The notes: a model not told the origin generated them from the sequence alone. Counted from the stretch's first letter, positions 46,221 through 59,310 are shown. The stretch is 64,000 nucleotides of DNA from an uncultured Planctomycetota bacterium (GCA_963849325.1 CAWKHF010000006.1:1-64000), one strand, 5' to 3'. A program made the numbers and translations.

Positions 46221-46688
46221 ATGAAGACGCTAAAGGCAATCGCAGCACAGTTATTGCACCGCCAGGTTAAAGTAGAAAGAATCAAGTCAGAGATGGCCAA
46301 ATTTGATGGCTTGAAGAGTACAAAGGAACTAGTTGACCACATTAAGCCGGGAGATTTTGGGGATAATTTTCAATGGAAATCATGGAGTTGGGGTCGATTG
46401 ACTTCGGGTGACTGCGCTTGTGTAAATTTAGGACTTGTCATTAATAACGAAGGTAATTTCGGTTTTTCGTGTAACTTAATTTCAGGTGATCCTGGTGATG
46501 ACTCATGGGGCATTCTTCACTTTGATTTTTACGAAGATAACGGTGTATTGTTATGGACGTCAGGTCAATTTTGGAGTCCTACCATAAATAGTAGTGGCGG
46601 AGATGGAGATGAGTGGGCTTCCAGTAGTGGCTTCCCTCTGTATCTGTTTGATTATATAGCCTTCGTATCGGTGACTTATCACTGTTAA
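46221..46688 (+). CDS. AT-rich hypothetical protein
   Basis: GGAG RBS and intact ORF; visibly lower GC than its surroundings. Confidence 0.65.
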   Translation: MKTLKAIAAQLLHRQVKVERIKSEMAKFDGLKSTKELVDHIKPGDFGDNFQWKSWSWGRLTSGDCACVNLGLVINNEGNFGFSCNLISGDPGDDSWGILHFDFYEDNGVLLWTSGQFWSPTINSSGGDGDEWASSSGFPLYLFDYIAFVSVTYHC

Positions 46689-46892
46689 CAAGCGAGTCCC
46701 ACGAAAGTGCTATGCGGGGAGAGGAAGGTAACAGTTTACTTTTCTCCAATCAAACTCACCTCTTGCGTTGAAAATTTACTTGCCCGCTTGGCTCGACTCA
46801 GCCGGACGCAACCGCAGAGATGCAATGCGGTACCCTGGTGATTGCTCCCGGGCGGAGAAAAGGGGTCGGGAGTCGAATTAAGACTAAAACGA

Positions 46893-46988
46893 GCCGAATA
46901 ATCCTCTGCAGCGGACGCGGCGGCGATAACGATTATTCGAGGTATGTCGCCTTGCCCGCCGCCGCGCCGCTGAGCTATGACGTTCGCC
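46893..46988 (+). other. attC-like integron recombination site
   Basis: GCCGAAT...CTGCAGCGG...GC-rich stem...CCGCTGAG...GTTCGCC, with an ATG 3 bp after. Confidence 0.7.
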
Positions 46989-46991
46989 ACC

Positions 46992-47471
46992 ATGCCTGAG
47001 CGAGTCTACATCGAGACCACTTTTGTCAGCTACTTGACAGCACGGCCCAGCCGCGACGTGGTCATTGCCGGGCACCAGCAAATCACCCACGAATGGTGGG
47101 ATACTCGCAGGACGAACTACGAGCTTTGCGTATCGCAGCTCGTTCTCGACGAGGCAGGGGCTGGTGATGCGCAGGCTGCCCAAGAACGGTTTTTGGTGTT
47201 ACAGCCCATGCTGGTGCTCGAAATGACGACGGATGCGCTGGAGTTGGCGAAGGAATTGCTTCAAGCAGGAGCGTTGCCAGCGCAGGCGGCCGACGACGCA
47301 CTGCACATCGCGGTTGCGGCCACGAAGAGGGTGCCCTATCTGTTGACGTGGAATTGCCGCCACTTGGCTAATGCCGTGATGCGACCCGCGATCGAATCCG
47401 TTTGCACAGCCAAGGGATTCAAGGCCCCTATCATCTGTACGCCCGAAGAACTACTGGAGGCCAAACCATGA
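46992..47471 (+). CDS. PIN-domain (VapC-like) protein
   Basis: VYIETTFVSYL, SQLVLDEA, DDALHIAVA and LLTWNCRHLAN. Confidence 0.85.
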   Translation: MPERVYIETTFVSYLTARPSRDVVIAGHQQITHEWWDTRRTNYELCVSQLVLDEAGAGDAQAAQERFLVLQPMLVLEMTTDALELAKELLQAGALPAQAADDALHIAVAATKRVPYLLTWNCRHLANAVMRPAIESVCTAKGFKAPIICTPEELLEAKP

Positions 47472-47710
47472 ACGATCCAATTGTCGATGAAGTTCGCCGG
47501 GTACGTGACGCGCACGCTGCTCGCTTCAACTATGATCCGGACGCCATTTTCCAGGACATCAAGGAGCGAGAAAAGAAGAGCGGCCTCCAGTTCGTTGGGG
47601 GCATCGCTCGTCAGCCTGTGCCGCCCCAGGCGCTGCAGCCGACCGAGGCCGCCACTTCGGTTCCTCCTGATTCAACGTCGCCGGAAGCGGCCCCGGCGGC
47701 TGAGCTTTAG
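47468..47710 (+). CDS. Small partner (antitoxin-like) protein of the PIN gene
   Basis: MNDPIVDEVRRVRDAHAARFNYD; ATGA overlap; tail reads through the attC site. Confidence 0.7.
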   Translation: MNDPIVDEVRRVRDAHAARFNYDPDAIFQDIKEREKKSGLQFVGGIARQPVPPQALQPTEAATSVPPDSTSPEAAPAAEL

Positions 47711-47718
47711 TGTTCGGC
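47620..47718 (+). other. attC-like integron recombination site
   Basis: GCCGCCC (degenerate)...CTGCAGCCG...GGCCGC/GCGGCC stem...CGGCTGAG...GTTCGGC. Confidence 0.68.
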
Positions 47719-47815
47719 CGAGTCTCTTTTGGGTTCGCTTGTTGCTCGTCAGGGCGATGAACGTTAGGATTTTGGGTAGACGAAGTATGACCACTACCCC
47801 AAGGGGATTGGAACG

Positions 47816-48034
47816 ATGACGCAGTTACTGGAACAAGCCCTCACCGAAGTCAAGAAGCTTCCCGAACCGGAGCAAGACGCGATTGCGTCGCTGATTCTCG
47901 ATGAACTCTCCGACGAACGGCGTTGGCAGGAAAGCTTCACCCGTTCGCAGGACCAGTTGGCGCGCCTGGCCGCGAAAGTGCGCGAGGATATTCGAGCTGG
48001 TCGGGTCCGGAGCGGAGGCTTCGATCAGCTGTGA
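47816..48034 (+). CDS. Putative antitoxin
   Basis: MTQLLEQALTEVKKLPEPEQDAIASLIL.EL.DERRW; overlaps the toxin start. Confidence 0.75.
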   Translation: MTQLLEQALTEVKKLPEPEQDAIASLILDELSDERRWQESFTRSQDQLARLAAKVREDIRAGRVRSGGFDQL

Positions 48035-48294
48035 ATTCGCAACTCACGTCCGACTTTTTGGCTTGCTTTGCCAAGTTGCCCGAGGCCGTCAAGGAGCAAG
48101 CCCGTCGGTGCTACCAGATGTGGCGCGACAACCCAGCCCATCCGAGCTTGCACTTCAAGCGGATTCACGGCCAGGAAGGACTGTATTCGGTTCGCGTCGG
48201 CTTGGGGTGGCGAGCCTTGGGTCTTGTGGAGGGCAACACGATCTCCTGGTTCTGGATCGGGTCGCATGCGGAGTACGATACGCTCATCAGTTGA
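48031..48294 (+). CDS. RelE/ParE-superfamily toxin
   Basis: F..LP......A......NPAHPSLHFKRI...YSVRVG..WRALG.....WFWIGSHAEYD. Confidence 0.85.
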   Translation: MNSQLTSDFLACFAKLPEAVKEQARRCYQMWRDNPAHPSLHFKRIHGQEGLYSVRVGLGWRALGLVEGNTISWFWIGSHAEYDTLIS

Positions 48295-48470
48295 AGGCAA
48301 GGCCGAACCATTTGCTGCAGATGTAACGTCCCCTGTCAAGTCCCGTCCCCGTGAGGACGGTCGGTAAGAACGGTTCCGCACACCTTCACGGCGTGCAACC
48401 CGGACGGCTCCCGCCCGGTGGCGGGTTCACGACACCGATGATACTCATGCGGTCATGGTAGCAAAGGAGG

Positions 48471-48526
48471 GCAACCGTAAGGGAGCGGTTTTAGTGAGTT
48501 TTCCCCTCCCTTACGGTCGCGGCTCG
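48471..48526. repeat. REP-like palindrome (accgtaagggag / ctcccttacggt)
   Basis: Imperfect hairpin downstream of the convergent oxidoreductase gene. Confidence 0.6.
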
Positions 48527-48540
48527 GCTGGTCATTCGTC

Positions 48541-49815
48541 TCACACCTTCTCCGGCAACACAAACGGTGGCCGATACGTCCGGCCGAGCAGCTGGTTGGC
48601 CTCGGCGTCGCCGCGCAGCGTCTCCGTCGAGGCGTCGAAGGTCAGACGGCGGCCGACGCGGTAGGCGATGTTGCCCAGGTGACACAGGCGCGTGCTCTTG
48701 TGCCCCTCCTCGATGTCGGCGTTGGGCCGTTTGTGACTGCGAATGCAGTCGAGGAAGTTGCGCAGGTGCGGCGCCTCGATCTCCGATGCCTTGTCCGACG
48801 CCTCGACGCCGTCCTGGACGTGCCAGCCTTTTTTATCGAAGACGAGCGTGCCCTTCTCGCCGTACAGGATGACGCCGGACGGCTCACCCTCGGCGCCGGT
48901 CTTCGACCAGATGCGATGCTCCCATACGACGGTCGTGCCGGGGAAGTCGAAGACGGCGACCTGCGTGTCGGGCGTCTGCTGATCGTCGTCGTAGAAGAGC
49001 TTGCCGCCGCCGCACGAGATGGCTCGCGGCGCGTCCAGGCCGAGCACCATGCGAGCCACGTCGAGCATGTGAATGCCGTTGTTGCCCAGCTCGCCGGTGC
49101 CGTAGTCCCAGTTCCAGTGCCAGTTGTAATGGAAGCGATTGGGGTTGAACGGCCGCTTCGGCGCCGGCCCGAGCCAGAGGTCGTAATCGACGCCGGCCGG
49201 CACGGCAGCGTCGGCCTTGTGGCCGATGGTCTTGCGATGGCCGGCGATCCAGGTGCGGACGAACGGCACCTTGCCGAGCTTGCCGGAGCGCACGAACTCG
49301 GCGGCGCTTTGGAAGTGCGCGCCGCTGCGCCGCTGCGTGCCGACCTGCACGACGCGGTCGTACTTGCGAGCGGCCTCGACCATGCGGCGGCCCTCGATCA
49401 GGTTGTGCGAGACCGGCTTCTCGACGTAGACGTGCTTGCCGGCCTGGCAGGCCCAGATGGTCGCCAGGGCGTGCCAGTGGTCCGGCGTGGCGATGGCGAC
49501 GGCGTGGATGTCGCGGTCGTCGAAGATGCGGCGGAGGTCTTGCACGACCTTCGGTGTCCGTTTTTGCTTGGAGCTGACGACCTTCAGGGCACGGTTCGCC
49601 GCGTTCTCGTCGGGATCGCAGAGGGCGGCGATCTCGACATCATCGCGGGACGAGAAGCCTTGCAGCAGACCGCGACCGCGGCCGTTGACGCCGAGGACGG
49701 CCATGACGATCTTCTCGTTGGGCTTGTCGGCGGCGCCGGCGGCGGTGACGGCCGACAGGGCGGCCACGGAGGCGGCGGAGGTTTGCAGGAAGCGACGGCG
49801 GTTGAGTGCGGACAT
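48541..49815 (-). CDS. Tat-exported Gfo/Idh/MocA oxidoreductase
   Basis: NRRRFL Tat motif, IATPDHWH, GKHVYVEKP, QVGTQRRS and GNNGIH.LD. Confidence 0.93.
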   Translation of the reverse strand: MSALNRRRFLQTSAASVAALSAVTAAGAADKPNEKIVMAVLGVNGRGRGLLQGFSSRDDVEIAALCDPDENAANRALKVVSSKQKRTPKVVQDLRRIFDDRDIHAVAIATPDHWHALATIWACQAGKHVYVEKPVSHNLIEGRRMVEAARKYDRVVQVGTQRRSGAHFQSAAEFVRSGKLGKVPFVRTWIAGHRKTIGHKADAAVPAGVDYDLWLGPAPKRPFNPNRFHYNWHWNWDYGTGELGNNGIHMLDVARMVLGLDAPRAISCGGGKLFYDDDQQTPDTQVAVFDFPGTTVVWEHRIWSKTGAEGEPSGVILYGEKGTLVFDKKGWHVQDGVEASDKASEIEAPHLRNFLDCIRSHKRPNADIEEGHKSTRLCHLGNIAYRVGRRLTFDASTETLRGDAEANQLLGRTYRPPFVLPEKV

Positions 49816-49879
49816 GGTTGGTCTCCGGTTGCGAGGCGGAAGGCGTGATGCAGCGAGTTTATCCCCTTGGCCGCCGCTG

Positions 49880-50688
49880 TCAAGCGCGGCCGCGAAGTTG
49901 CTCGGCCAGCCAGGTCGATTCTTCTTCGGTCAACGCCGGCTGCAAAGGACGCGAGTAATCGAACTCGATTGGTCATAATGGGAGCGGGCATAGATGGCCG
50001 CCACCAGAGGTTGAAGATCGAGCCGAATATCCGCGTCCGGGAGGAGCGAGGGGAATGGGAATGGCCGGCAGGGGTTGCTGGAAATGAGCCGGCCAGACTG
50101 TGCAGTAGGGCGCGCGTTGCTGCCGGCAGACGAGCAACGTGTAAGGACTGTTCGGCCACGGCGGTCATCATCGGCATACGTTCGCCGCCGCGAAGCAAAT
50201 CCAGTTCGACGAGATTGGCGACGCCCAGCAGCAGCGCCTGGCGCTTGCGGAGATAGAGCTTCCAGCCCTTCGAGCCGCGCCGTTTATTCGAGGGCGACAA
50301 CACCTCGATGCACGTGACCAGGCGCTGTTCGGCATCGTGTTCGATGGATTTCAATGAACGTCTCGCGGAAGGGTTCGGCCACGAATGCTTGCATGGTCAC
50401 CGCCTCCGGATTCGTCCGCCGCTTCGGCGACGCGGTCGAGGCACGCTTCGCGAGCGGATTCGCTCGCGGAAGTCGTCAACGCCAACATCGGGCAGAAAGG
50501 GATGGAACTCCTTGCCTTCCGCACCGGCGAAGGCGATGTAGGAGCGCTCACCCAACCGCACGAAATATGTTCTGGGGCACTACGGCGGCGAGAGCGCGCT
50601 CGATCTCGGCGATCAGCTTGGGATGAAAATCCTCCCACAGGCCGCACGCCTCGATGAAAGGATCCATCCCAGGAAAGGGAGATGGCAT
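49880..50688 (-). CDS. DUF4058 family protein (multiple frameshifts)
   Basis: MPSPFPGMDPFIE...W.DFH, VTCIEVLSPSNK, YLRKR and LVELDLLRGG. Confidence 0.78.
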
Positions 50689-50718
50689 GAGAGTATCTCC
50701 GTTCGGATGAAAAGGAGA

Positions 50719-51875
<1,157 letters not shown>

Positions 51876-51892
51876 AGCTGATCCTCCTTGTC

Positions 51893-51950
51893 GTTTAGCC
51901 GCGACGCGCAGCGGAGCGCGGGAATCTCCGCGCTCCGCTGCGCGTCGCGG

Positions 51951-51956
<6 letters not shown>
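51893..51956. repeat. REP-like palindrome family A
   Basis: Hairpin; contains the stop codon of the cbs gene. Confidence 0.9.
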
Positions 51957-53305
<1,349 letters not shown>

Positions 53306-53393
53306 CGGCTCCCCTTTCCTGTTGTGGGCGCTGTCCCACCTGGGGTTTGTATTCTGGCCGCCTCGGGGGCATTCGGGCAAGGGGAGTCTCTTT

Positions 53394-53483
53394 CCTCCCC
53401 TCTCCCCCGCTTCGGGGGAGAGGGGGCGGCTCCTCCCCCTCACCCCCTACCCCTCTCCCCCTGAGTACAGGGGGAGAGGGGAG
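53394..53483. repeat. Family B-related double hairpin (cccctctccccc...gggggagagggg)
   Basis: Divergent relative of the 30101 and 59156 elements. Confidence 0.75.
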
Positions 53484-53635
53484 AAAGCGAACCGCCTCCT
53501 TAGCGGGTTGTGTAGAGGAGCGTCGGCCCCGCGCCGAAAATGCGGGGGCGCACCAATTGCCCCCATGCCGAATCGTCGTTAGGATGGGAGCGGTTACCCT
53601 CGCTTCGGGATTCCGAGAATAGATCGTAGGTGGGC

Positions 53636-54638
53636 ATGGGTCTCGCTCCACAAACGGTCGCGCTGTTGCAAGCGGCCCGGCAGCTGGTCCACACGCTGCC
53701 GGCCGACGCCGTCCTGCTGCTGGCGGAAACCGACCTCGACTGGGAGTCCGTCCTGCAACACCTGGACGGCTGCCGACTGCTGGTCGCCGCCGAGGACGGC
53801 CCGCTGACGGCGCGCCTCAAGGCGCGGCCCAACCTGACCGTCCTCGACATCGATCCGGGCCCGACGCCGACGCAGGAACGCATGAGCCTGGCCCTGCTCG
53901 AAGCGGTGCGCAGCGACAAGCTCCGTCAAGGCGCCGACGTCGTCGCCCTGTACAACGGCATCGAGGCCGACGAGGACCGCAACGAGCCGATCGACACCCT
54001 CAGCGTCATCCACCTCGGCGAACACCTGGAACGGCTGACGGCGTCAGGACCTGCGCAAGCTCGATACGCAGGTGCCGCTGGAGACGCTGCGGGCGGTGGT
54101 CGATCTGGCCGTGGAGATCGGCCGCGAGGGCCGCGAGGGCCACCCGGTCGGCACCATGTTCGTCGTCGGCGACACGCGCAAGGTGCTGACCATGTCGCGG
54201 CCGATGAACTTCAATCCGTTCCGCGGTTACAGCGCCGAGGAGCGCGACATCCGCGATCCCAACGTCCGCGAACAGATCAAGGACATCGCCCAGCTGGAAG
54301 GGGCCATCATCATTCGCCGCGACGGCGTGGCGGTGGCCGCCTGCATGCGCATCGAGGCGCCGGACAAGGGCTTCACGCTGAGCAAGGGGCTGGGCACGCG
54401 CCACGCCGCCGCCGCCGCCATCAGCAAGAGCACCAAGGCCATCGCCGTCACCGTCAGCCAGTCGTCCGGCACCGTGCGTCTGTTCCAGAACGGCGAGGTC
54501 GTGCTGCACGTCGAGCCGCTGGCCCGGCCGGTGACGTGGGGCCGCTTCCACATGGAGTCGCGCGATCCCAATGGCCTCAATCGCGGCCTCGCCGGCCGGC
54601 CCGTTCCCGTCGCCGAGCGCACCACGACTCCGCCGTGA
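53636..54638 (+). CDS. DAC (DisA_N) domain protein, DacZ-like (frameshift near 54042)
   Basis: LAVEIGREGREG.PVGTMFVVGD, NPFRGY, IAQLEGA, GLGTRHAAA and VSQSSG. Confidence 0.85.
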
Positions 54639-54680
54639 GGACGCGGCACGGAGGGCGGGGTCAAGGCGGCCGGGCGCTTG

Positions 54681-54743
54681 GTTTAGCCGCGACGCGCAGC
54701 GGAGCGCGGGCAGCCCGCGCTCCGCTGCGCGTCGCGGCTAAAC
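54681..54743. repeat. REP-like palindrome family A
   Basis: Hairpin. Confidence 0.9.
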
Positions 54744-54790
54744 GAGAAGGAATAATTGGACGAGTCCGAAACCTCAAGGAGTTTTTTCCC

Positions 54791-56589
54791 ATGAATCGCT
54801 TGCGAATCTCCCGGATGACAACGGCCTGCTTGATGGCGCTGACAGCCGTCGGCACGGCCCGATCGGCGCCGGCGCCGTCGGAGCGTTCCGGACTCGATCA
54901 GGTGCCGGCCACGTCGCCGATCGTCATTCACGTTCGCGGCGTCCAGGGCACGCGCGACCGCTTTGTCGCCATGATGGAAAAAGCCCTGCCGCAGGTGCTC
55001 AAGAAGTTCCAGCCGCAGATGGACGACGCCCTCAAAAATGGCATCGAGGGACGCAAGCTCCGTGGACTGGTCAAGGATGGACCCATCTTCCTCGCCTTTA
55101 CCGACATGCCCAAGCCCCGAGACAATCCGCCCAAGATGGCCATTATCGTCGCCGTCAGCAATTACAAGGAATTCCGTGATAACGTGCTGACCGAGGACGA
55201 ACGCAACGGCATCAAGGCCAACGGCAACGGCGTCGAGGCAGTCGTCATCAAGAACGAGACCACCTACTTCGTCGATCGCAAGGGCTACGCCATCGTCACG
55301 CCGAATGAGGAGGTGGCCAACTCGTTCACCAAGAAGCAGCCCGGACTGGACGGCAAGCTGAGCAAGGAGCAAGCCGCCAAGCTGCTGAGCGCCAACGTCG
55401 GCGTCTACGTCGCCGTGGACGCGCTGAGCAAGGAGTACGCCGAGCAGATGAAGCAGGCCCGGCAGGGGCTGGAGCAACTCATCGACCTGGGCGCCGCCCA
55501 GGCCGGCAAGTCCGAGAAGACCGCCATCGAGATGGCCAAGAAGCTGATCGGACCCGTTTTCCAGGCCGTCGAGGACAGCCAGGGCGTCCTGCTGACGCTG
55601 GAGTTTCGGCCCGGCGGCCTGGCCCTGCATGGGCAGAGCGAGGTTCGTGCCGGCAGCCCGACGGGACAGTTCTTGCAAGACTCACGGCCGGCGGCGTTCC
55701 AGGAGCTGGCCCTCATGCCCGACGGCCGAACGTACTACACCGCGATGAAGACGACTTCGAGACTGTACAAGAACCTCGGCTCGTTCCTGCTCGGCATCCT
55801 GCCGGACAAGGACAGTCCCGAGGCGAAAGAGGTATCGGCCGCTCTGGAGGAGATGGCCAAGGCCGGGCCGGGCGTGCGCCTGGACGCCTTTTCGCTGCCG
55901 CCGGCGGGTCTGCAAGTGACGCAGTACGACGATCCGGCCAAGGCGGTCGCCGCCCAGCTCAAGCTCGTCAAGGCGATGGGGCCCGGCGGCACCATCCAGT
56001 CCGGCGTCCTCAAGGACAAGCCGGTCGTCAAGAACGCCGCCGAGAAGTACGGCGACTTTGAGCTGCACTCGGTGCAGATGGTGTGGGACCTGGACAAGAT
56101 GGCCGAGTCCGCCGCCGCCCTCCAGGGCGACGACGCGAAAAAGAAGGTCGTCGAGGGGCTGAAAGGACTGATGGGCGAGAAGCTCAACTTCTGGCTCGGC
56201 CACGACGGCAAGTCGGTCGTGCAGGTCATGGCCCCGGATTGGCCGGCCGCGCGCAAATCCTCGACCAGTATTTCAAGAACAAAAAGACGATCGGCGACGT
56301 GGCGGCATTCCGCGACGTGCGCAAGGAGATGCCGGCCCGAGCGTCCTTCCTGGGCCTGATCGATGCGGTGCAGTACCTGGGCACCGTGGCGGACGTACTC
56401 AAGCCGATGTTCGGCCAACTCATGCAACTGCCACCGGGTTGGCCAAACATGCCGGGCAAGGGCACGGCGTCCTTCATCGGCGTGTCCGTCACCTTGCAGC
56501 CGCAGCGCGGCGGCTTCGACACGTTCGTCTCGGCCGCCGCCGTTCAGGAGTTCTACAAGGCGTTCATCAAGCCGCTCACCGGGGAGTGA
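54791..56589 (+). CDS. Exported hypothetical protein (frameshift near 56255)
   Basis: Signal peptide, AAGGAG RBS and a long protein-like ORF continuing in 56083..56589. Confidence 0.7.
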
Positions 56590-56602
56590 ACGCCCGGAGG
56601 GG

Positions 56603-56654
56603 TCATTCGTTTCGCCGCGACGCGCAGCGGAGCGCGTCGCGGCGAAACGAATGA
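56603..56654. repeat. REP-like palindrome family A (internally deleted)
   Basis: Shortened hairpin. Confidence 0.85.
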
Positions 56655-56680
56655 AATTGGCGCGTGGGGAGATCGCCTGT

Positions 56681-59158
56681 ATGCCTCGGCTCATTCGGCG
56701 AAGTGCTCCGTGGTTGGTGGTGTTGACCGTCCTGGCCGCGGCGACCGCGCAGCCGCCGCGGCCCGCCGCGCGCGCCGAGAAGCGGCAGGAGACGAAGTCG
56801 GGCGTGCGCGTCGAGGAAGCGCCGGAGACAGACGAGGACACGCTCAAGGCCGCCGGCCTGGGCACCGACGCGCCGGCGCTCTTGGCCTTCTTCCGCGCCC
56901 GCAGCCGAACCGAGGTGGACCGCGATCACCTGCGCCACCTGCTGCGCCAGTTCGCCGACGCCCCTCCCCAGGAACGCGGGTCGGCGACGGCGGAGCTGCT
57001 CGGCCTGGGGCCGCTCGCCCTGCCGGGACTGCGGCAGGTCGCCAATGATCTCGATCATCCCGAGGCCGCCGAGCGAGCGAGGCGCTGTCTGCCCTGGCTC
57101 GAAGGGCCGTCCAGCTACAAGCTGCTGATCGCCGCGGCGCGCGTGCTGGCCGCGCGCAAGCCCGAGGGCGCCGCCGCCGCGCTTCTGGAATATCTGCCCT
57201 CGGCCGAGGAGGCCGAGGTGATCGTCGCCGTCAACACCGCTCTCGCCGCCGTCGCCGCTCCGCAAGGCAAGCCCGATCCGGCGCTGTTGCGCGGCCTGAG
57301 CGATCGTGTGGGCGTCCGCCGCGCCGCCGCCGGCATCGCCCTGAGCCGGGCCGCGCCGCCCGACCAGGTGCCCGCCGTCCGCAATCTCCTCAAAGATCCG
57401 GCATCCGGCGTGCGTCTGCGCACCGCCCTGGCCCTGGCCGAGGCCCACGATGCCGAGTCCATCCCCGTCCTTATCGACCTGCTGCTCGATCTGCCGATGG
57501 AGCAGCGTCAGCGCGTCGAGGAGTTTCTGACGCAGTTGGCCGGCGAATGGGCGCCGGTGCTGCCGCCGCAGAGCGAGGACCGCATCGCCCGCCGCATCCG
57601 CCACGACGCCTGGACGGCCTGGTGGCGCAATGCCGACGGCTCCTCGCTCCTGGCCGCTGTCCGCGAACACACGCTCACCGCCGAGGGACGAACGCGCATC
57701 GCCAGCCTGATCGCCCGGCTGGCCAGCGAGGAATTCACGGCCCGCGAAGGCGCCTCCAAGGAATTGTTTGCCCTGGGTCGCATCAGTCTGCCGCAGCTGG
57801 GCGAGGCGGCCCGGGACAAGGATTCCGAGGTCTCGCGCCGCGCCAAACTGCTGATGGACCGTATCGAGCAGGAGCCGGCCCACCGGCTGCCGGCCGCCGC
57901 CGTCCGACTGTTGGCCGTGCGCAAGCCGCCCGGCTCGGTCGAGGCCCTCCTCGCCTACCTGCCGTACGCGCCGGGCGAAACGATGTCCATCGAGGTGAAA
58001 AACTCGCTGGCCGTCCTGGCCCAGCACGACGGCAAACCCGACCCGGTGCTGCTCCGCGCCCTGGCCGACGCCGACGCCGCCGTCCGCGCCACCGCCGCCG
58101 AGGCGCTGGTCAAGGGCGGCGGACTCGAAGGACTTGCCGTCGTCCGCAAGCTGCTGACGGACCCCGCTCCGTCCGTCCGTCTCCGCGTCGCGCTGGCCCT
58201 GGCGGTGGCCCGCGACCGCGACGGCGTGCCGGTGCTGATTGACCTGCTCGCCACTCTCTCCGGCGATCAGCTGGGGCAGATCGAGGACGTCTTGCACCAA
58301 CTGGCCGGCGATACCAGCCCCGAGGTGTCGCTGGGCGACAAGCCGGAAGAACGCAAGAAGTGCCGCGATGCCTGGGCCGCCTGGTGGAAGATCAACGCCG
58401 GCCGCGTCGATCTGGCTCGGCTGACCGTTCGGCCCTGGTTCGGCTACACGGTCATCTGCGACCTCAACGGCAACCGCGTCTTCGAGGTGGATCGCCACGG
58501 CAAGCAGCGTTGGCTCATCAACAATGCCGGCGGGCCGGCCGACGCTCGCATTCTGCCCGGCAACCGCGTCCTCATCGCCGAGTACGGCGCCGACCGCGTC
58601 ACCGAGCGCGACTTCAAGGGCAACATCCTCTGGGAGCGGCGCGTTCCCAATCCGATCAACGTGCAGCGCCTGGCCAACGGCAACACCTTCGTCGCCACGA
58701 TCAACGGGCCGATCTTCGAGATCGACCGCAGCGGCAAGGAGGTGTCGCAGATCCACAACCTGCCCGGCAACACGCTGGCCGCCGCGCGCTCGCGCCGCGG
58801 CACCGTCGTCGGCCTGACACAGAGCGGCCAGTGCATCATCATGGATGCGAGCGGCAAACAATTGCGAACGTTCGCGTCGGGTCAGAACGCCCGTTCCCTG
58901 GGCGGCATCGATCTGCTGCCCAATGGACGCATTCTCGTGGCGCAGGCGGGCCGCAACAAGGTGGTGGAGTTCGACAGCGAAGGCAAGACGATCCTGGAGG
59001 TCGAAGCGCCCGGCGCGATGGCGGCGACGGGGCTGCCTAGCGGACGAATTCTGGTGGCCACGCAAGGAGGCCAGCGCGTCTACGAAGTGGATCGCGCCGG
59101 TAAGATTGTCTGGGAATACGGCGGCGCCGGTCAAGTTTTCCGTGCTCGGCAGCGCTGA
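56681..59158 (+). CDS. Secreted HEAT-repeat plus beta-propeller protein, paralog 1
   Basis: Signal peptide, repeated LL.D....VRLR.ALALA HEAT units and LPNG/LPGNRVLI propeller repeats. Confidence 0.8.
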   Translation: MPRLIRRSAPWLVVLTVLAAATAQPPRPAARAEKRQETKSGVRVEEAPETDEDTLKAAGLGTDAPALLAFFRARSRTEVDRDHLRHLLRQFADAPPQERGSATAELLGLGPLALPGLRQVANDLDHPEAAERARRCLPWLEGPSSYKLLIAAARVLAARKPEGAAAALLEYLPSAEEAEVIVAVNTALAAVAAPQGKPDPALLRGLSDRVGVRRAAAGIALSRAAPPDQVPAVRNLLKDPASGVRLRTALALAEAHDAESIPVLIDLLLDLPMEQRQRVEEFLTQLAGEWAPVLPPQSEDRIARRIRHDAWTAWWRNADGSSLLAAVREHTLTAEGRTRIASLIARLASEEFTAREGASKELFALGRISLPQLGEAARDKDSEVSRRAKLLMDRIEQEPAHRLPAAAVRLLAVRKPPGSVEALLAYLPYAPGETMSIEVKNSLAVLAQHDGKPDPVLLRALADADAAVRATAAEALVKGGGLEGLAVVRKLLTDPAPSVRLRVALALAVARDRDGVPVLIDLLATLSGDQLGQIEDVLHQLAGDTSPEVSLGDKPEERKKCRDAWAAWWKINAGRVDLARLTVRPWFGYTVICDLNGNRVFEVDRHGKQRWLINNAGGPADARILPGNRVLIAEYGADRVTERDFKGNILWERRVPNPINVQRLANGNTFVATINGPIFEIDRSGKEVSQIHNLPGNTLAAARSRRGTVVGLTQSGQCIIMDASGKQLRTFASGQNARSLGGIDLLPNGRILVAQAGRNKVVEFDSEGKTILEVEAPGAMAATGLPSGRILVATQGGQRVYEVDRAGKIVWEYGGAGQVFRARQR

Positions 59159-59310
59159 GAGTCTGTCCGGTAAGCCCCTCTCCCCCGGTACTCCGGGGGA
59201 GAGGGGTTGGGGTGAGGGGGTGCGTTTTCCGCGAGTTTCTCGCCCCCTCACCCCCAACCCCTCTCCCCCGAGTACGGGGGAGAGGGGGGGCTTGTGGGAC
59301 AGACTCTGAG
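59156..59310. repeat. REP/MITE-like composite hairpin element, family B
   Basis: Ends gagagtctgtc...gacagactct; near-identical to 30101-30249. Confidence 0.9.

Noticed and set aside
53630-56359. 909-aa ORF apparently fusing the DAC N-terminus to the exported protein
   Set aside because: This is an artefact of the frameshift near 54042 reading through a REP. The two genes have their own stop, RBS and signal peptide.
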